Assembly: GCA_951406725.2 (NCBI GenBank)
Contig: OX597831.1
Span: 30,814,001-30,878,000, forward strand
Direction: 5' to 3'
Origin: Octopus vulgaris
Lineage: Eukaryota
Length of the DNA stretch: 64,000 nt
Below the pieces are notes generated by a model that ran no database searches, had not been told where the DNA came from, and saw nothing but the letters and a program-made list of their open reading frames with translations. The position numbers and the translations under genes were made by a program. Positions 12,110-23,769 of this stretch are shown here, one piece after another. The number at the start of each line of letters is the position of its first letter. Position 1 is the first letter of the stretch.

Positions 12110-13663
12110 GCTGCTGGTGCTGGTGCTGGTGGTGTTACCTCAGCCGTTGTTACTAAAGGTGGTGGTAGTAGGAATGGTGGTGGTACTGCTTTGGTGGTGG
12201 AGCTTGTGGCATTCAGGTGTGATCGGCTGGCCCTGAGAATGCGGTTGGTGGTTGTAGTAGTAGTGGTGGTGGATGTAGTGGTGGTCGTTGTTAGAGCAAG
12301 TGGTGGAGGTGCAGTTACCTCTACCTTCGATGGTAGAGCTGGTAGTAGTAGTGCTGGTGGTAGTGCTGTTTTAGTGGCTGGGCTGGTGCAGTTAAAAGTG
12401 ATGAGTGTGACTGTGGAAGTGCGGTTGGTAACGGTGGTAGTGGTGATGCTTGCGGTAAGTGAGAGGGTAAGGGATGGTAGTGAGGTTGCTATTGGTGGCA
12501 GTGGTGGTGTTGGTGGTTGTGGTGATGGTGGTGGCAGTGGTGGTGGTGGTGGTGGTTGTGGTGATGGTGGGCAGTGGTGGTGGTGGTGGTGGTTGTGGTG
12601 ATGGCAGTGGTGGTGGTGGTGGTTGTGGCGATGGTGGTGGCAGTGGTGGTGGTGGTGGTTGTGGTGATGGTGGTGGCAGTGGTGGTGGTGGTGGTTGTAG
12701 TGATGGTGATGGTGGTGGCAGTGGTGGTGGTTGTGGTGATGGTGGTGGCAGTGGTGGTGGTGGTGGTTGTGGTGATGGTGGTGGCAGTGGTGGTGGTGGT
12801 AGTGGTTGTGGTGATGGTGGTGGCAGTGGTGGTGGTGGCAGTGGTGGTGGTGGCAGTGGTGGTGGTTGTGGTGATGGTGGTGGCAGTGGTGGTGGTGGTA
12901 GTGGTTGTGGAGATGGTGGTGGCAGTGGTGGTGGTGGTGGCAATGGTGGTGGAGCAGGAGTTGGGGTAGGAGTGAAGTTAGTAGTTATAGCGATGGTGGT
13001 TGCTGCAAGTGGTGGCGTTGTTGGCGACGATGGTCTACTGTTAATGACAATGTTGGTACGGATGGTAGTGATAGTAGTGGTGGATGTAGTAGCGATGCTT
13101 GACAAAGAAAAATGGTGTTTTTGGTGGTGGTCGAGGTCGGGCTGGAGGGTGGTGTGTTGATGTCATTATTGATGGCGGTCGACCTTTGTAATAGCTGGGA
13201 AATGATACTGGTGGTAGTAAGTGGTGGTGGTGGTAGTGGTGGTGAAAATGTTAGAGATATTGGTAGTTGCTGAAGTGGTAGTTGTGGTGGTAGTGGTGGC
13301 TCTTGTTGTGTAAGTAACTGTTGTTGTGGTGGTGGTGGAAGTAGAGATTGTTGAGGTAGCGAAGGCGATGGTGATGGAGTTGGTAGTGGTGGTGGTGGTG
13401 GTGGTGGTGGTGGTGGTGGTTATGATGGCGTTGATGTTAAGAGTAGTTTCTGTTGTGGTGGTTGTAGTCGTCGTTGTAGTGTGGAGTGCTTTGCGGTGGT
13501 TGTGATTGTGGTGATGGTGGTGTTGGTAGTGGCGGTGGTGATATTGTTAATGGAGCTCATGATAACAAGAATGGTGAAGATGCTGGTATAGGACAATGAT
13601 AACGAATGCGGGTGCCTTTGGTAATAATTACAGAAGTAGCTACCGTAAAGTGGCTCGTTACTT

Positions 13664-13718
<55 letters not shown>
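11914..13718. repeat. (GGT/GTT/GTA)-derived low-complexity region with a ~33-39 bp higher-order repeat at ~12498-12952
   Basis: Unit consensus GGTTGTGGTGATGGTGGTGGCAGTGGTGGTGGTGGT. Confidence 0.85.
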
Positions 13719-13719
<1 letters not shown>

Positions 13720-13744
13720 CCTCATTAGTGATAGTGGTAGACCG

Positions 13745-13977
13745 AAGGCGGTGAGCTGGTAAAATCGTTAGCATGCCGGGCGAAGTGCTTAGTGGTATTT
13801 CGTCTGCCGCTACGTTCTGAGTTCAAATTCCGCCGAGGTCAACTTTGCCTTTCATCCTTTCGGGGGTCGATTAAATAAGTACCAGTTACGCGCTGGTGTC
13901 GATATAATCGACTTAATCCGTTTGTCTGTCCTTGTTTGTCCCCTCTGTGTGTGCCCCTTGTGGGCAGTAAAGAAATA
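13745..13977 (+). mobile_element. SINE-B monomer, young
   Basis: Complete head, domain and CCCCTTGTGGGCAGTAAAGAAATA tail. Confidence 0.92.
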
Positions 13978-14638
13978 GATGTGATAGCGGCGGGAGTAAC
14001 AGTTATAGTGGTAGCTGTTGTAGTGGAGTCTGTTGTAGTCGTCGTCGTTGTTGTAGTAGTAGTAGTAGTAGTAGCAACAGTAGCGGTAGCATGGGTGTAG
14101 AATCGGGTTTCAAAATTTAATCCAGCCGATAAGATAAGAATAAAAGTATGCGTTATCGTGCAAACACCGTATATGAGTATGTACGATCGGTGGTGTGGTT
14201 GCGCCAAGACACACTACGGAAAAGATAAAGTAAAGAAAAGAAAAAGCAAAAAAAAAAAACACATAAGACCTATAATGTTTGCTGGAAGCTACTTCTTGGT
14301 TGGAATATAAAGCTTGCCAGTGGAAATATCTGATTTTTTTTTTTTTGATTTTTCTTTATTTTATTTATTTAGTTTTCCAACCCAAACAGACTCTTGGGAA
14401 AGTGAAGGATAATTTCGCGAACGTCTATCTAGAAAGTAAACGTATACATTCATGGCTATGATGTTTGCTTCACAAGTACCAACATTTTTTTTTTTTTTCT
14501 GTGGGTCTGAACATGCTGCGCAGCATCTTGAGCACTTGAACAACTTTCATCTGGTATATATTCTGACCGAAATTTGTTGGCGGGAAACTATGAGCATTCA
14601 CCGGTTATATGCCTGTGTGTGCATATATATATATATAT

Positions 14639-14704
14639 GCTGAGACCCTCTTCGGTCATGACTGAGCATGGGATTGCACCTAGAAAGTTACCCTCCCAGG
14701 CACA
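14639..14704 (-). mobile_element. SINE-D 3' fragment
   Basis: Matches the tail of 21544-21888 (GGAGGGTAACTTTCTAGGTGCAATCCCATG). Confidence 0.8.
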
Positions 14705-15050
14705 ATTATATTTATATTATATAAAGCATGGAACAAAAACACAATAGAAGTGAATAAAACATCCGGACAGATAGACGACACTAAAGCGGACAGGAAAAAC
14801 CACAAATAGAGGGACGGGAGAAAAAAAAAAGGACGTGTCATTCGTTGACTTCTCTCCTCAGTCAAGTTTTCAGATTGTCTTTACAGTTTCGGGCAGTTAC
14901 ACAGTTCTAAGTTAAGAGCATTAACTTCTTTTGAGAAAGTCAGCGAATGTGTAGGACAACAAAGACAATAAACGGAGGACATGTTACACAATTACAAATA
15001 CAAACATCAAGAAAATAACAACAGGTGTCTTTCCACTAATAAAGACGAAT
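14705..15050 (-). mobile_element. Family H (TA)n-associated element, longest copy
   Basis: Shares CCGAAA.TG...AATCTG...GACTGAGGA...GAATGAC..GTC and a T-rich tail with 15128-15259, 32742-32853, 43672-43804 and 49598-49704. Confidence 0.5.
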
Positions 15051-15091
15051 CATATATATATACACTTTCCGTCCTTACAAATTCATAAACG

Positions 15092-15127
<36 letters not shown>

Positions 15128-15132
<5 letters not shown>

Positions 15133-15259
15133 AACTTTTACATAAATAAATAACGTGAAATACACAAAGGGACGAACAAAAAGACAAACGGGTCATTCAA
15201 AGCCTTCGTTCTTCAGTCAGAAACTGATTCCTCATCGCAGATTTCGGCTGTTTAATTCT
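15128..15259 (-). mobile_element. Family H ~132-bp unit beside (TA)n
   Basis: Near-identical to 43672-43804 with the same ends. Confidence 0.75.
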
Positions 15260-15265
15260 GATACA

Positions 15266-15315
<50 letters not shown>

Positions 15316-15341
15316 GATATATATATGAATGTCTGTATGTA

Positions 15342-15549
15342 TTGCGGATTCTTAAGCGAAACATTTCATTTCACGTTGGTCCACTAAATGGGTAACCGTT
15401 CGACGGATTAGCTTCCCGATCAGGGGGGAATGCTGGCTTGTTCGCCTAACGAGCAGGGTAAAATCATTCGACAGCTAAAACGATCAAAAGTGCAGTGTGA
15501 CCAGCAATTGTATAACAACATCCGACAGTCTGGTTGTTCGTGTGTTATA

Positions 15550-15553
<4 letters not shown>
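15342..15553 (+). mobile_element. Old CORE-like SINE fragment
   Basis: TTCTTAAGCGAAACATTTCATTTCACGTTG resembles the D core; CGACGGATTAGCTTCCCGATCAGGGGG resembles the C2 tail. Confidence 0.45.
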
Positions 15554-15618
<65 letters not shown>

Positions 15619-16818
15619 ATTGAATTGGGTCTGGTTTCCACGTTTTTTATTATAGTATTTTAACATTTAAAAAGTATATTTTGAAGTGCTCATAAAGTTA
15701 AAATATTGCTTTCATACATAGAGTAATCATCAGATACCAAATATGTTTAACTGACAGATGAGTTCTTGACAACTTTAGTACCTTTTAGACCGCTCCAACA
15801 AGCAGAATTTTCAGAATACGGTTTTGACCAATCCGCATGTAGTTTAAACATCATGATTTGCCAGGCGTACCGATATTCTGGAATTTGTTCATATTTATAT
15901 GCTAGACATATTTTTTAATCCCCATCATTAACTGGTTGTTATATTATTGCTGTTATTTCAGTTCAGGTTTGAACACTTTAATAAACTTTTTCTTTTATCT
16001 TTCTTCCAACCTCACTTGTGTCATGTAGTTTGTGGAAAGGAAAAATTAAAAACATTTTCTGACCACATGTCTCTATATGATCGCTCAATGGAATCTGTTG
16101 AAAATTGGTGTTTCGGATTTGTATGTACGTGTTACATACAAAAGCTATTCCAGACTACTTTTTGAACAATTTGGCACTTTGCATTGTATCCGCAAACAAA
16201 CATACATATATATATATATATCCATAGATACATACATACACACAAGGATGCATGTTTAGACATGCAACTGTAGGCATAAGAAAACACAGAACAAAACATA
16301 AAACTCTGTACATACACTGATTTCAAATAGTGCACGCATGCACGCATACACTCAGATATGTGCAAATATTTTGTTGATGTTGATGTTGTAGAAAAACTAA
16401 CGAAGGAGACTTGGTTCTATTGGCAAGAAATCATGAAAGAAACTGAATAATAACATACATCCACGCATGCATACATACAAGCATACATACATACACACAT
16501 ACATATGTACATACATACATGCATACATACATGCATGCATGAATACATACATATGAGTTCAAGTTTATTCGTTCGGGAACACACATGAATAACACACAGA
16601 CACTCACGCACACGCACAAAGACACACACACACACGCACAAAGACACACACACACAGACACACACTCACACAAACATTAACCAGTTCAGTTAACCACAAA
16701 CCTCAGGAGCTGCCTTGACATAAACAAAAGAACCATGCCATTCTGTTAGTGGCTGGTTTGTATTCTGAAAAACTTAAATAAATCCTTAAGATAACTTTAA
16801 AAAAATACATATATATGA

Positions 16819-16858
<40 letters not shown>

Positions 16859-16900
16859 GGAGGGAGATAGATAGAGATATATATATAGAGAGAGAGTAGG

Positions 16901-16983
<83 letters not shown>

Positions 16984-17377
16984 GTAATAAAAAAAGATAG
17001 ATAGAGAGATAGATAGACATTTGTTCCGTGATACCCATCGGAATTCATTTGAAAATGTATGTGTATTTGTATGTACTGTGTATGTACGTGTGCACAGGCG
17101 CGCTTGTGTATGTGTGCATATTGAGAAATAGCGTATTCATTGGCGAGAAAACTGTCGCTAATATTCTCTCCCGATGTTTACTCCGCTCGTGTTAAACATA
17201 AACATCCTTTGTTTCTATTGCCCATCCGGGAATCCTATAAACCAGTGACTGGACTGTTGAAAAGCACATAACTATCGACGTTATTATCCACAAAATGTAT
17301 AACATTAAAGTAAAATATATACAAATAAAAGACACGTAGAAACAAATACCAACTTAAAGCTACGACAGATTTATTAT

Positions 17378-17552
17378 TGGTTTCATATTTTGGCACAAGG
17401 CCAGCTATTTCGACTCCAGCACTCAGCTGCTACTTATTTTATCGACTTAAAAGGACGAAAGTAAAATTCGATCGCGGTGGAATTTGAACTCAGAACGTGA
17501 AGACGGACGAAATGCCGCTCAGCATTTTGCCCGGCGTGCTAACGATTCTGCC
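17378..17552 (-). mobile_element. SINE-B
   Basis: GGAATTTGAACTCAGAACGTGAAGACGGACGAAATGCC...CTAACGATTCTGCCA. Confidence 0.85.
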
Positions 17553-17709
17553 AAAGAGTTGTCTTTCATAAATATATAATTAAACTGGTGAGGTTGGCTG
17601 AAGCGTAAAAGAATGAGATTGACTACTTTCTTTCTGAATACAAATTTTTTTTTGAGATTTTCTAAATTAAGGAGCTACCGACAATCCTGGGGAGCTCGCA
17701 GCATATTGA

Positions 17710-17857
17710 TAGGAGCAGGCATTGCTTCCCAAGCTCGTGGTTTTGGGTTCAGCTCCACTGTGTGACACCACGGGCGATTGTCTTTTGCTATAACCTCAGG
17801 CCGACCAAAGCCTTGTGAGTGAATTTGGTAGTGTCGGAAAATAAAAGAAGCGCGTCT
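17710..17857 (+). mobile_element. SINE-A 5' half running into (GT)n
   Basis: GGCCGACCAAAGCCTTGTGAGTGAATTTGGTAG. Confidence 0.75.
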
Positions 17858-17865
17858 TGTGTGTA

Positions 17866-17932
<67 letters not shown>

Positions 17933-18157
17933 GCGTGTATGTGTGTGTGTGTGTATGTGTGTGTGCGTATGTGTGTGTGTTTGTGTGAGTCGGTGTTGAA
18001 AGATGAAAGCATTCTCAGAATGTAAAATTAAATCTTGCCCGCGTGCACACTTACATACACACACGCACACTCGCACACACTCACACACACAAGCACACAC
18101 ACACACACTCACACAAACACACACACACATACAAGTAAACAATTTATTGAGACAGAC

Positions 18158-18375
18158 ATTGTTGTTTAGTCCAGTTAATCCTTGATCAAGAAGACATTTT
18201 ATCCAGGACATTCCAGGCGTGACCTTTCTAGATTTTCAGAAAATTTGGTCTAGAACTACATTGTACAAAAGGGTGAAGTATGAACTGATGCTTCTGACAA
18301 GACGTAATGTTCACAATTGGAATGTCTAACATCATAGGTGTGGTCCATCAGAGTTGGCGTGAGACAAATAGCAAT
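18158..18375. mobile_element. Old element (family F) with degenerate inverted ends; relatives near 25035-25220, 49020-49085 and 57860-58050
   Basis: Ends share GACATTCCA in inverted orientation; dispersed similarity seen by eye only. Confidence 0.35.
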
Positions 18376-18498
18376 GTTACCAGAGATCATTTTGGCTGAA
18401 GTATTTGTTAGGTATTGTGAGGAGTGGGGTGGAAAGAGTTATCAAATAAACAGGTAGACAGACAGGCAGAAAGACAGACAGACAGACCGCATTTGTAA

Positions 18499-18826
18499 GT
18501 ACGCAGTCACTTGATTAGAGATCCAAATTTCCTCTACAGCTCACTAAACTGTTTATACTAAGTTTCACAACCTCTCATAGGCAAACACATTAGACACCAA
18601 CGAATCAGGGAATACACACATACATCGTTGATGAATCTAGCTTACTTAGCTAGATAACTAGATAGATAGAGTGAGAAAGAGAGACAGAGAAGAAGAAGAA
18701 GAAGAAGAAGAAGAAGAAGAAGAAGAAGAAGAAGAAGAAGAAGAAGAAGAAGAAGAAGAAGAAGAAGAAGAAGAAGAAGAAGAAGAAGAAGAAGAAGAAG
18801 AAGAAGAAGAAGAAGAAGAAGAAGAA

Positions 18827-18858
<32 letters not shown>

Positions 18859-19411
18859 GAGAAGCAGAGATATACAGCGACTGAAAGAAAGAAATATTTG
18901 TATTACATACACACATGCACACTCTCACAAACACACACACACACACACTCAGACACACACATACACACACACACACACACACACTCACACACACATTATT
19001 AAGCTGGTGAGGTAAACAAAAGTGATAGCTAATTTCCCAAGAAACTTCGTTCTGAATTTTATATCACCTTTTAAATATAATAAAGAACGGATTCTAGAAA
19101 TCTTTTGTCTATCACCTGGAAGTATTTGAACCTGTCAATCGTAGAACCTTACATTCAGAAGCAGAGGAATTCTTCCAGTTGTGGAATTGCAATTCATCTC
19201 CACCGATAGTTAATGCCTTCTCCATTTGGCCAACTTGTAGCTTAATATACATACATACACATTCATACGTACGCAGTCACTTGATTAGAGATCCAAATTT
19301 CCTCTACAGCTTACTAAACTGTTTATACTAAGTTACACATCCTCTCGTAGGTAAACACGCTAGACACCAACGAAACAGGAAATACATGCATACATCGCTG
19401 ATGAATCTAGC
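18499..19411 (+). repeat. 143-bp direct repeat pair (18499-18641 and 19269-19411)
   Basis: Both run GTACGCAGTCACTTGATTAGAGATCC...GATGAATCTAGC. Confidence 0.92.
18689..18857. repeat. (GAA)n then (GAT)n microsatellite
   Basis: Direct reading. Confidence 0.97.
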
Positions 19412-19739
19412 CGAAACACAACAAATATATCTCGTTTCAGCAATAACAGAAACTTTTACAGACACGTTTTGTCAGCTCGCTACATAAAACAGTGGGTTTG
19501 ATATCTGATATCGATGGTGTTTTGTCAAGTATACCTTTACAGACATCTATTGCTTGTCGAAATCTTCTGATCATTATTATAGAGATATCATAAAGAAAGT
19601 TACGATATGTAGATGCAAACCATATTGTACTTGTCTTGTTTGATATTAATCTTGGATTTATTCAACGCCATTGGATAGCTCTGACTGGATAGTATCTCCC
19701 AAAATGTCCAAACATAGATTTATGAGGGTTTGTAAATAA

Positions 19740-19798
<59 letters not shown>

Positions 19799-19803
19799 CA
19801 TAC

Positions 19804-19851
<48 letters not shown>

Positions 19852-19891
19852 GTAAAAAAGAGAGAGAGAAAGAGAGAGAATTATAAAGATA

Positions 19892-19934
<43 letters not shown>

Positions 19935-20302
19935 TACGTGTATGCATGTATGTATGTTTGTAAGCATGTATCTATGTAAGAGTGTATATATGTTCGTTTG
20001 TATTTTATGGCTTCATCAGAATAAAAGAAGATGGATGAGAAATGGATCTAGCCTGAATAGGATGTGGATCTCTAGTGAAACTTTATTTTTTTCTCCTGTC
20101 AAAATATATAAACTCAAAATTGCTGAATGAGTTATGTTGTAAGCAGGTACCCACATCGCTGCAGCATTTCGCCTTGCAGTACTTAACCAAAGCTTGGGTT
20201 TACTGCTCCATCTGTTCTAAGTTAAGTATTTACGCACCGACCTGCTAAATATAGCAGTCAAATTCCTCTGAAATGAAGCTAGTGCCTTTCATCATGATCA
20301 TA

Positions 20303-20368
<66 letters not shown>

Positions 20369-20442
20369 TATGTATTGAGCAATATTTTAAAAGATATCTA
20401 AACATTAGTGCATGTGCATAAACACACACATAGGAAGTATGG

Positions 20443-20572
<130 letters not shown>

Positions 20573-20599
20573 TGACAGACAGACAGACAGAGACAGAGC

Positions 20600-20775
20600 T
20601 GAAACCTACAAGCTTTTTATTCTCTCTCTTAATTTTCTCTTATTCTTTTCTGTTGAAGAGCGTAGGCTCGAAACGGAAAAGACTTTTTCATTTTCCTGAG
20701 CGTCAAACTAATACACTTGCTTGTTGTTCATACACCTGTCCTCGTCTTTTTGTTTTTCTAAAAATTTCAATTATA
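20600..20775 (+). mobile_element. Family I element with hammerhead-like motif (20644-20682)
   Basis: TCTTTT-CTGTTGA-A-GAGC-GTAG-GCTC-GAAACGG-AAAAGA, tail ending AATTTCAATTATATAT. Confidence 0.6.
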
Positions 20776-20782
20776 TATATAT

Positions 20783-20835
<53 letters not shown>

Positions 20836-20953
20836 GAATAAGTATATTTGGTATATATTCGTAACAAGAAGTATATTGATATATAAAAGTGTATTACCAC
20901 GTAAATGATTAGAATAGGAATGTACAATATATAATAAGAAGATGTATGAAAAT

Positions 20954-21037
20954 TCTTACGCTCGTTTCATGATTATGTAACTTATCTGAAAATCGAAATG
21001 ATAAGCATATTGAAGCTGCATAACCATTCTTCAGAGA
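20954..21037 (-). ncRNA. Type I hammerhead ribozyme motif, catalytic core intact
   Basis: TCT-CTGAAGA-ATGGTTATG...CATAATCAT-GAAAC-GAGC-GTA-AGA: CUGANGA, GAAA, UH triplet GUA, 9-bp proximal helix II, 3-bp helix I. Confidence 0.7.
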
Positions 21038-21213
21038 TATAAAAGGAAGAAAATCGTTCATAAAAAATGTCTCCGTGTTTAAAAGAATTAATTAATCCGT
21101 ACTAGGTATAGATATGAGTCATACGAATTCTGTATAAATGTCCACATAGTAATCCGACAATGTTTTGTGAGATTATTAATTATGTGTGTATATGTGTATA
21201 TATAAATACATAC

Positions 21214-21300
<87 letters not shown>

Positions 21301-21383
21301 AAGGTGTGTTTGTTGAATTAGGAAAAATAGAACTCAAAACATGAGTATACGTATATTGTTATTGATATTTAGCAGAAACAACA

Positions 21384-21468
21384 GAGCGACTCAAGACCCG
21401 TGAGTTTCGTGCGTTGGTGCTTATCAAGTTTGATAAGTGCCAATACAGGAAACTCTCTTGAGTCACTC
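21384..21468 (+). other. 85-nt imperfect hairpin
   Basis: Arms pair over about 36 bp with one 5-nt bulge; innermost 15 pairs contiguous including G-U. Confidence 0.8.
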
Positions 21469-21474
21469 CCTTGC

Positions 21475-21543
<69 letters not shown>

Positions 21544-21545
<2 letters not shown>

Positions 21546-21888
21546 TGAGACCCCCATCGGTCATGACTAATCATGGGATTGCACTAGAAAGTTACCCTCC
21601 AAGGCACAAGTCTGAGCAAGGTTGTTTATGGAAGACCAAAGACCAGCAGTCGCCCATGCATACCGGCCTTCCCTCTCCACGCCACCGATGTTATCCAAGG
21701 AAAATGCAAAGGCCGATACAGCTTGGCACCTGTGACGTTGCAACTCATTTCTACAGCTGAGTGTACTGGAGCAACGTGAAATAAAGTGTCTTGCTCCAGA
21801 ACACAACACACAGCCCGGTCTGGGTTTCAAACTCACAACCGCACGATTGTAAGTTCGACTCTCTAACCACTGAGCCATGCGCCTTCAC
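21544..21888 (-). mobile_element. SINE-D, full length
   Basis: Head GTGAAGGCGCATGGCTCAGTGGTTAGAG, B box GAGTTTGAAACCC, CORE-like GTGTTCTGGAGCAAGACACTTTATTTCACGTTGCTCCAG; homologous to 44951-45296. Confidence 0.92.
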
Positions 21889-21956
21889 ACACACACACAC
21901 ACACACACACATACGCACACACACACACACACAGACACACACACACACACACACAC

Positions 21957-22001
<45 letters not shown>

Positions 22002-22009
22002 AATATCTG

Positions 22010-22105
22010 TAAAATAATATGTGACAGTTATACGGTAGCCAAGATGAAACTCTGAGTTTCGGATGCCGAGGTGGAAATCCACACCACCATCTCTTCGGTT
22101 ATCTG

Positions 22106-22108
<3 letters not shown>
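22010..22108 (-). mobile_element. Short (TA)n-embedded element with hammerhead-like motif (second copy at 33897-33990)
   Basis: AGATAA-CCGAAGA-GATG...CATC-CGAAAC-TCAGA-GTT-TCATCT. Confidence 0.65.
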
Positions 22109-22177
<69 letters not shown>

Positions 22178-22875
22178 ATATTTATAAATTTCTAATGTTT
22201 ATATGTACTCACACGCACTTAAGTACGCCGTCTCTCACACACACACACACGCTCGCGCGCGCGTGTGAGTGCACGCATACATATCTATACCTGCGATGAA
22301 TTGCAATGCCGTAGTCCCGAACTTTTGAGGAATTTTTTTCTTTTTTCTTTTCTTCCTGAATATTTATTACTTTGCTTTCCCTCTCTATTCCCTAAATCTA
22401 TCTGGTTTATTTTTAAACCCTGTTTGATGCCTGCTGGAAAGTTGCCAGACTACTAGGTAGTATTCTTTTCTTGCCAAAATAAGGGAACTTTTTTTTTTCT
22501 TTCGGGGCTTGCCTTATTTCTTCTCACATAGCAGCATTTGAACAGAAACAAACTGTAAAGAATGCTAACCTGCGAAAAACGTTTCGCAGAAGAACATGTC
22601 AAATTCTAGCAAGTAACAAACAGATCAACAACCCAGAAAAACTTCAGTTGTACGCCAGAAATACCCGACTATAAAAATAAACTAGAAACAACTTTAGACA
22701 CAATTCACCAATACCAAGTACCAGAGAAATATGACTGGGTACCAAACGCCTTAACAGAGTAATAACAAAGATTATGATGGAGCTGTGATGATAATGATGA
22801 TGGTGGTGGCGGTAGTGGTGGACGTGGCAGCTGTTGCCATGGTAGTGGTGATGATGATGATGACAGTGATGATAA

Positions 22876-23111
22876 AAGGCGGCGAGCTGGCAGAAACGTT
22901 AGCACGCCGAGCGAAATGCTTAGTGGTATTTTGTCTGCCGTTACGTTCTGAGTTCAAATTCCGCCGAGGTCGACTTTGCCTTTCATTCTTTCGGGGTCGA
23001 TTAAATAAGTACCAGTTATGCACTGGGGTCGATATAATCGACTTAATCCGTTTGTCTGTCCTTGTTTGTCCTCTCTGTGTTTAGCCCCTTGTAGGTAGTA
23101 AAGAAATAGGT
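22876..23111 (+). mobile_element. SINE-B monomer with 11-bp TSD
   Basis: TSD AGTGATGATAA at 22865-22875 and 23112-23122. Confidence 0.93.
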
Positions 23112-23215
23112 AGTGATGATAACAATAAGGTGCATGTGGCCTTAAAGCGAAATCCGATGGAGGGAATATTGGATATTACCATTGTCGAACGCAGTATTTG
23201 ACTGATGCTATATAA

Positions 23216-23433
23216 TGGTTTTAAATTTTGGCACAAGGCCAGCATTTTCGGCGGAGGGATAATGTCTATTACATCGACCCTATTGCTCAACTGGTACTTA
23301 TTTTATTGACCCCCCAAAAAGGATGAAGGGTAAAGTCAACCCAAGCGGAATTTGAACTCAGAACGTAAAGACGGATGAAATGCCGCTAAGTATATTGCCC
23401 GGCGTTCTATCGATTCTGCCGACTTACTGCCTT
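23216..23433 (-). mobile_element. SINE-B (alternative tail)
   Basis: Head and domain present; tail GGCCTTGTGCCAAAATTTAAAACC. Confidence 0.85.
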
Positions 23434-23547
23434 ATTGATATCACATATTACCACACCAAGAGATGAAAGTCAATGTTGAACTCGTTGTGATATGAACTCA
23501 GAAAAGTAAAAGCTAGGACAATAAACTGCAAGAACTTCTACCGTTCC

Positions 23548-23594
23548 AGTAGTAGTAGTAGTAGTAGTAGTGGTGATGGTGGTGGTGGTGGTGA

Positions 23595-23638
<44 letters not shown>

Positions 23639-23701
23639 ATGGTGGTGGTGGTGATAGTAGTAGTAGTAGTAGTAGTTGTTGTTGTTGTTGTTGTTGTTGT
23701 T

Positions 23702-23769
<68 letters not shown>
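23548..23769. repeat. (GTA/GTG/GTT)n microsatellite
   Basis: Direct reading. Confidence 0.95.

Noticed and set aside
15990-16195. Possible pogo/DDE transposase remnant (ENVFNFSFPQTT*HK on minus)
   Set aside because: A single short motif resemblance with no other catalytic motifs or TIRs visible.
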